A program made the translations under genes and the position numbers. A stretch of DNA of 64,000 bases from Zygnema circumcarinatum SAG 698-1b (taxonomy: Eukaryota > Plantae > Zygnematophyceae): the NCBI GenBank assembly GCA_037447605.1, contig CM074811.1, positions 2,356,001-2,420,000 on the forward strand. The letters are read 5' to 3'. How positions within the stretch are numbered: the first letter of the stretch is position 1; every line of letters begins with the position of its first letter. The notes beneath the pieces were generated by a model, which was given only the letters and a program-made list of their open reading frames with translations, had not been told where the DNA came from and searched no databases. Positions 58,601 to 64,000 of the stretch are shown here, piece after piece.

Positions 58601-61390
58601 CTGATGAGTCGTGTCCACTCGGATTCACCTATGAAGGTGAAGTGATTGTGAGTCACCCTGAGCAGGAGAAGGTGCCAGTGGCCACTCAAGCTCAGACGGA
58701 GGAGAGTGCCACGCCCATTCATTCACGACGGCACTGTAGAGTCAGAGAGTGATGATGAGACAAAACCGGTGACCTTTACTCCCTTGGGTTCTCCACATTG
58801 GGGAGACATGCAGGAGTCCGTGGGACCATCGAAGGAGGCATCAGCTACGAAGTCTCAGGAGGAGACCTCCAGTTCACGAGAGGAGGCAGCCAGCATGCCG
58901 CATAAGTTGGTGGCTTCAGAACCACGTGCAGCGGCGAATGAAGAGTTGCTGGAGGAGATGGCTGATGAGCCAGAGGAGGAAGTGTCAGCAACTATGCGAG
59001 CTGATGAGCAGCCTAAAGAGCAGCCCTCTGTGATGGAGAAGACAAGTGGGAGGACCAGGCGGCCTCCAAATCGTTTCAGTCCGGCTGTGCCTACGAAGCG
59101 CATGCGGAAGAAAGCACGAAAGAATGCCCAGGATCATTCTGCATCATTCTCAGGTGACATGGACATGATTGCCCATTGTTACATGGCCCATGCTGTTGAG
59201 CCTCAGACTTACGGGGAAGGCGGTGAGGGGCGGATGGTCAAGTGGCGAGGAGGCCATTGATGAGTGAGTGGAGCGATCGATTGAGAATCCCGGACTTGGC
59301 TAGGCTCACACGGGGCGTGCCATCGGTACAAATGGATCTTCAAGGTTAAGAGGAAAGTGGACTGACGCTTATCCCGATAGGTGCAAAGCGCGACTTGTGG
59401 CCAAGAACTCTGATCGAAGGAGGATTGACTGAGAGACCTTTGCTCTGTGGTGAAGTTCAACTCCCTCCGCTCCCTCATTTCTATTGCAGCCGCAGAGGGG
59501 ATGCATGTCCACCAGTTGGACATCAAGACTGCTTTCTTGTATGGAGATCTTGATGAAGAGATATACATGGAGCAGCCAGAGGGGAAACGCGAGAAGGGAA
59601 AGGAGAACCTTGTGTGCAGACTCGTGAAGAGTTTGTATGGGCTGAAGCAGGCCCCTCGCGTGTGGTATGAGAAGATCGATGAACTCTTACAGGGCTATGG
59701 GTTTGATCGTTTTGAGACTGATACTTGTGTGTACTCAGTTGGCGAAGATGATGATAAGTTGTTTGTTGGGGTCTATGTGGATGACCTGATCATGATCAGC
59801 AAGTCTCTTCGCAGCATTGCAGAGTTGAAGGAGCTCTTGCAGGAGAATTTCCAGATGACTGACCTTGGAGAGGCCCAATATCTCTTGGGGATCAAGCGAG
59901 AAGAGGGGGCGGATGGTTCGTATTCCTTTGTCCCGAGGTATCACGAGGAAGATGTGTTCGCGGAAGTTCAACATGTGGGAGTGCGAGGCCATGCACAAGT
60001 CCCATGGAGGCTGGAGTTCGCTTCACGAAGGTGATGTCCCCGTCTAAAGAGGAGGAGGCAACTGCAATGGCTGGAGTGCCATTTCGATCTTCGATTGGGA
60101 GCCTCATGTATTTGATGACAGACACGAGGCCTGACCTTGCGAAAGCCGTGAGCACGGCAAGCAGATTCATGGAGAACCCCGGCGAGGAGCATTGGGAAGG
60201 AGTCAAGCGTATATTTCGGTTTCTGAAGGGAACTGTGGATTATGGCCTCAAGTTTGAGAGGGGGACTCGCAGCCGAGTCTATGGCTATACAGACGCTGAC
60301 TGGGGAGGGATTTGGATTCATCCCGCTCCACATCTGGATACGTTTTCTTGAATGCAGGTGGGGCCATCACATGGAATTCCACCTTGCAGTCTTCAGTGGC
60401 TCTCTCCAGCACTGAAGCAGAGTATATGGCAGCTTGCCATGCAGCCAGGGAGTGTGTGTGGCTGCGGAACTTCTTTGGGGAGTGTGAGCGGCCTCAGCTC
60501 CCCTTACCACTCTTCACGGACAATCAGTCCTCTATTGCTCTAATGGGGAATCCGGTGTTCCACAAGCGGAGCAAGCATTTCCGGATCCAATACCATTACG
60601 TGAGACAGGAGGTGAGAGAGGGACTTGTCAGTATCAAGTTCATTGGAACCAGGGAGCAGGCAGCCGATATGCTGACGAAGGCAGTCAGTGGTGAGACCTT
60701 GAGGATTAATTCGGATCTCATTGGGCTGGGGCCCTCTCAGGAACTAAAGTGCCAAAGAGGGGGAATGTTAGTGTACATAGTTAGTTCAGATTAGCATGTT
60801 TGTGTTGGCGCTTAGTTCCTAGGGGTGTGCTTCTAGGTGTGAGATGTATGGGGGCGGACTTACTTCATGGTTGACTCAAGAGCGTGCGNNNNNNNNNNAA
60901 GACACGAAGTAGTTTATTTAGGTTGTTTGAATAAGGTTGTTGCATGCATGGTCCCGGCGCGTGTGATGTGACATGGTCACGTCACAGCCCCATACTATAT
61001 AGTGAGAGTGGGTGTGTAAGTTAGTAACCTTCTTGATATGCATTGCAAGGCTATGGCAGTTTGAAGGCATGGCTTTGGCAACAGGAGGTGGACCTTTGTG
61101 AGGAGTCTCCGTGTGTGGAGAGCTGCCTCACGTGAAGGTGAAGTGATCATGTGGTGAAAGCTTGACTAGGCTTATGGGGGCTTGAGTTGGAAAGCTTGTC
61201 ATCATAAAGGAGTTTTAGGCTGGGAGCTTTCTCCTACGTTTTTCTATTCCGCCTCTCGTGTGTTGTGTATGCACGTGAGTGAAAAATGAGTGAGAGTGCT
61301 GCGGGCACCAGGAGGGAAGTTTCCATGGACAGTGAAGAGGGAGAAAGGGTGGAAGGTGAATTTGCTTCTCATCCCTCTGCCCCTCTCACA
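55651..61390 (+). mobile_element. Full-length Ty1/copia LTR retrotransposon
   Basis: LTRs 55651-56324 and 60766-61390 (TG...CA, each with an N gap). TSD AATAG on both sides. PBS TGGTATCAGAGC at 56327-56338 (tRNA-iMet). PPT AAAGAGGGGGAA at 60754-60765. Confidence 0.97.
56341..60794 (+). pseudogene. Copia gag-pol, frameshifted in this assembly
   Basis: Gag with two CCHC knuckles, protease WLIDSGAS, integrase VHTDLCGP / LRSDNGGEF / NGAAKRVNR, RT YVDD, RNase H YTDADW...AADMLTK, in copia order. Many frameshifts. Confidence 0.9.
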
Positions 61391-61552
61391 AATAGGTCAG
61401 GGCTGCGTTGTTGTGCGTAGGCGTAGTTTTTCTCTCTTAGCTTCGTTTTATTGTGTTTAGGTCCTTTGCGACCAGTCCCCTCGTGGTTCCACATTTTGCT
61501 TTTGTCCATGTACATTTGATGGCCTTCGTGAGTTTAATGAAATTTTCCTTCT

Positions 61553-62018
61553 CCTTGACCATCGCCAAATCACTTTCGTAAGCCTGTCGGGCGAATTAAG
61601 CATTAGGGGGAGTCAGACCTTGACCATCGCCCGCGGAATTGAAAGATTCCGCCGGCGGAAAGGTATTGATTTCGATTGCAGAATTCGGGAAACCGCGGCT
61701 CCCCCCGAACCTGTCTGTCCCGTCCGTACTTCGAAATAGGTTACAAACATGAGATACAGGCTCGGGCGCCGAGCCTGTCGAACGTCCACTTTTGGCGAAA
61801 AAGGCCTGCCGTACAACGCGGAATTGGCCCGACGGGCTCGCGGAATTGGTTTGGCGCTGGTCAAGGTCTGACTCCCCCTATTGGCTAGGTGCGCATTTCG
61901 GTACGGATGTGTACGGCGGAGCCGCGGATCCCGAACCGAATTCGTACACGAAAGAAGTGACTTTTAGTGTAAGGAATTCGGGAATTTCCTAAGGGATGGT
62001 CAAGGTCTGACTCCCCCT
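61553..62018. mobile_element. Second copy of the 52300 MITE (left TIR truncated), hosting a nested relative
   Basis: Shares TTTCGTAAGCCTGTCGGGCGAATTAAGCATT and the interior with 52300-52512. Right end GTCTGACTCCCCCT|AAT. Confidence 0.7.
61605..61879. mobile_element. Nested 275-bp MITE with ATT TSD
   Basis: ATT|AGGGGGAGTCAGACCTTGACCA ... TGGTCAAGGTCTGACTCCCCCT|ATT. The empty site AAGCATTGGCTA is at 52358-52369. Confidence 0.85.
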
Positions 62019-62928
62019 AATCCGGGGGAATTTCTTGGGTAACGAAAAGTCCTCGGGTGGAAAATATTAGGGTATCTTAGTTTATACTAAATTCGGGAAT
62101 TTACAACGGCCATGGTCAATGTCTGACTCCCCCTTGGCGGGGAAGAAGACAAAAGAATTCCGCGCAATTAGTTAGGTACTGAATTCACATACGGTTAATA
62201 GCAGGAATTTCCGGGAAATGAGGTCTCGCCACGTCACCATCATTAAAACCCAGGAACCTGCCGCCCACAATAAATAATAATGTGATATCCGACGTGGCGC
62301 GCTGTCGACTGTCCGATGGACCCGACCGCAACTACTGGCCGTCCGATGCGTGAACGGCCGCGAGAGATATGCGGCGCCTCCAGGACGACCGAACGATTGG
62401 TCCGCGGCCGGCCGGGGCTTTTGTGACGTCATACATTCCAGTTGCGCCATTATGGCCATCTGACCGCAGCCAACCAGTGAGCTTGGTTGACTTTTGACGT
62501 GTCATGCATCACATTGACTGCGCATATTCCGCGTGTCTGCCAGCTGGCATTTCGGGCCGGCGGCCTTGTCCTGACTAGGGATGGATTAATTACGACTATA
62601 TAATATGGGTAGTGATATTTCCACCCCTTTTTTGGATCCAAACACCCCTTCCCGGCCGGGCAGATTTCAAAAGGGATTAAAAACAGAAAATGCTTTTTTC
62701 ATACCTTTTTGAAATCGATACCCACCTTCTTCCGTCGGCTGATTTTATTTTTGCTAACCAAGGAAAATGATACCCCGTCGCATTTTACCGTCAATACTGT
62801 ATCCCGCCTCCCTGAATTTATTTTTTGAGGGAAAGAAATATCTGCCTGCCCGAATCCACTCGGAGTGGAAGATCCGTCCGCCACGAGATCGTTCGCGGGT
62901 GTCCGTCCTTCACACGTGTGTGTCAATC

Positions 62929-63332
62929 GCAGCTGTCGATTCCCTCGCAGATCACACCACTGCAGATCACCGTTCGATCTGCAGGCGGCCTCGATCTTAG
63001 CGAATGGAAAGCGCCCACGAGTCCCGTCAATGCCAAATCGCACCTGCGAGTGCGCGCGTCCTTCGGCCCGAGATCTCGTCAATTGTTAGCTCCCAGCCAA
63101 TAAACATATGTCACGTGTTACATTTTTGACGTGGAAAATTTTGATTGGTCTACGATCTCAATGTACAAAATTTTGGGTTCCTCAAGTTGCGACCGTACGA
63201 CATTTGTACGGACAAACTTTTGAGAGGACTTTGGCGGGATACGTGGGCACGTGCCATGCGCTGTGACCGAGCCCGGCTGCAGATCAAATAGTGATCTGCC
63301 GTGTTGCGATCTGCGAGGGAATCGACGGCTGC
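62929..63332. repeat. Imperfect inverted repeat (foldback) cut off by an N gap
   Basis: GCAGCTGTCGATTCCCTCGCAGATC... pairs with ...GATCTGCGAGGGAATCGACGGCTGC. Confidence 0.65.
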
Positions 63333-63342
63333 NNNNNNNNNN

Positions 63343-64000
63343 AAATGAGTGAGAGTGCTGCGGGCACCAGGAGGGAAGTTTCCATGGACAGTGAAGAGGG
63401 AGAAAGGGTGGAAGGTGAATTTGCTTCTCATCCCTCTGCCCCTCTCACAAATAGGTCAGGGCTGCGTTGTTGTGCGTAGGCGTAGTTTTTCTCTCTTAGC
63501 TTCGTTTTATTGTGTTTAGGTCCTTTGCGACCAGTCCCCTCGTGGTTCCACATTTTGCTTTTGTCCATGTACATTTGATGGCCTTCGTGAGTTTAATGAA
63601 ATTTTCCTTCTCCTTGACCATCGCCAAATCACTTTCGTAAGCCTGTCGGGCGAATTAAGCATTAGGGGGAGTCAGACCTTGACCATCGCCCGCGGAATTG
63701 AAAGATTCCGCCGGCGGAAAGGTATTGATTTCGATTGCAGAATTCGGGAAACCGCGGCTCCCCCCGAACCTGTCTGTCCCGTCCGTACTTCGAAATAGGT
63801 TACAAACATGAGATACAGGCTCGGGCGCCGAGCCTGTCGAACGTCCACTTTTGGCGAAAAAGGCCTGCCGTACAACGCGGAATTGGCCCGACGGGCTCGC
63901 GGAATTGGTTTGGCGCTGGTCAAGGTCTGACTCCCCCTATTGGCTAGGTGCGCATTTCGGTACGGATGTGTACGGCGGAGCCGCGGATCCCGAACCGAAT
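63343..64000 (+). repeat. Copy of 61284-61941 across an N gap (probable assembly artefact)
   Basis: Same LTR end, same TSD and same flank, starting right after the 10 N. Confidence 0.85.

Noticed and set aside
63343-64000. Apparent second copia insertion
   Set aside because: Same TSD and flank as 61284-61941, directly after a gap. Not an independent insertion.
1-64000. CRISPR arrays, rRNA or tRNA genes
   Set aside because: No repeat-spacer periodicity or recognisable structural RNA was seen. The only tRNA-related sequence is the 12-nt copia PBS.

Overview
Eukaryotic, intron-rich, repeat-rich DNA, most likely from a streptophyte alga or early-diverging plant (plant-type Gfo/Idh/MocA oxidoreductase, COX5C-like ORF, Ty1/copia with tRNA-iMet PBS). 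The main feature is a tandem array of three + strand spliced genes that the ORF track shows only as fragments. Each encodes a secreted protein: signal peptide, two PAN/Apple-like domains, then CD73/UshA-type 5'-nucleotidase modules (two in gene A 9967-19822, one in gene B 22531-27470, two in gene C 34064-42735). My hand-built exon models all close in frame (1349, 771 and 1350 aa). All five modules share a GC-AG intron, and all three genes end in a stop codon split by the last intron. Gene B appears to have lost a whole module through an intron-to-intron deletion. Upstream are an intronless secreted trypsin-fold pseudo-protease (1607-2575) and a divergent signal-peptide exon at the window edge. 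Downstream are a COX5C-like ORF, a 7-exon oxidoreductase on the - strand, and nested transposons (full copia, copia remnant with a solo LTR inside it, ATT-target MITEs). A MULE-like element lies between genes B and C. Two duplications beside N gaps are probably assembly artefacts. All calls come from reading the sequence; no searches were run.
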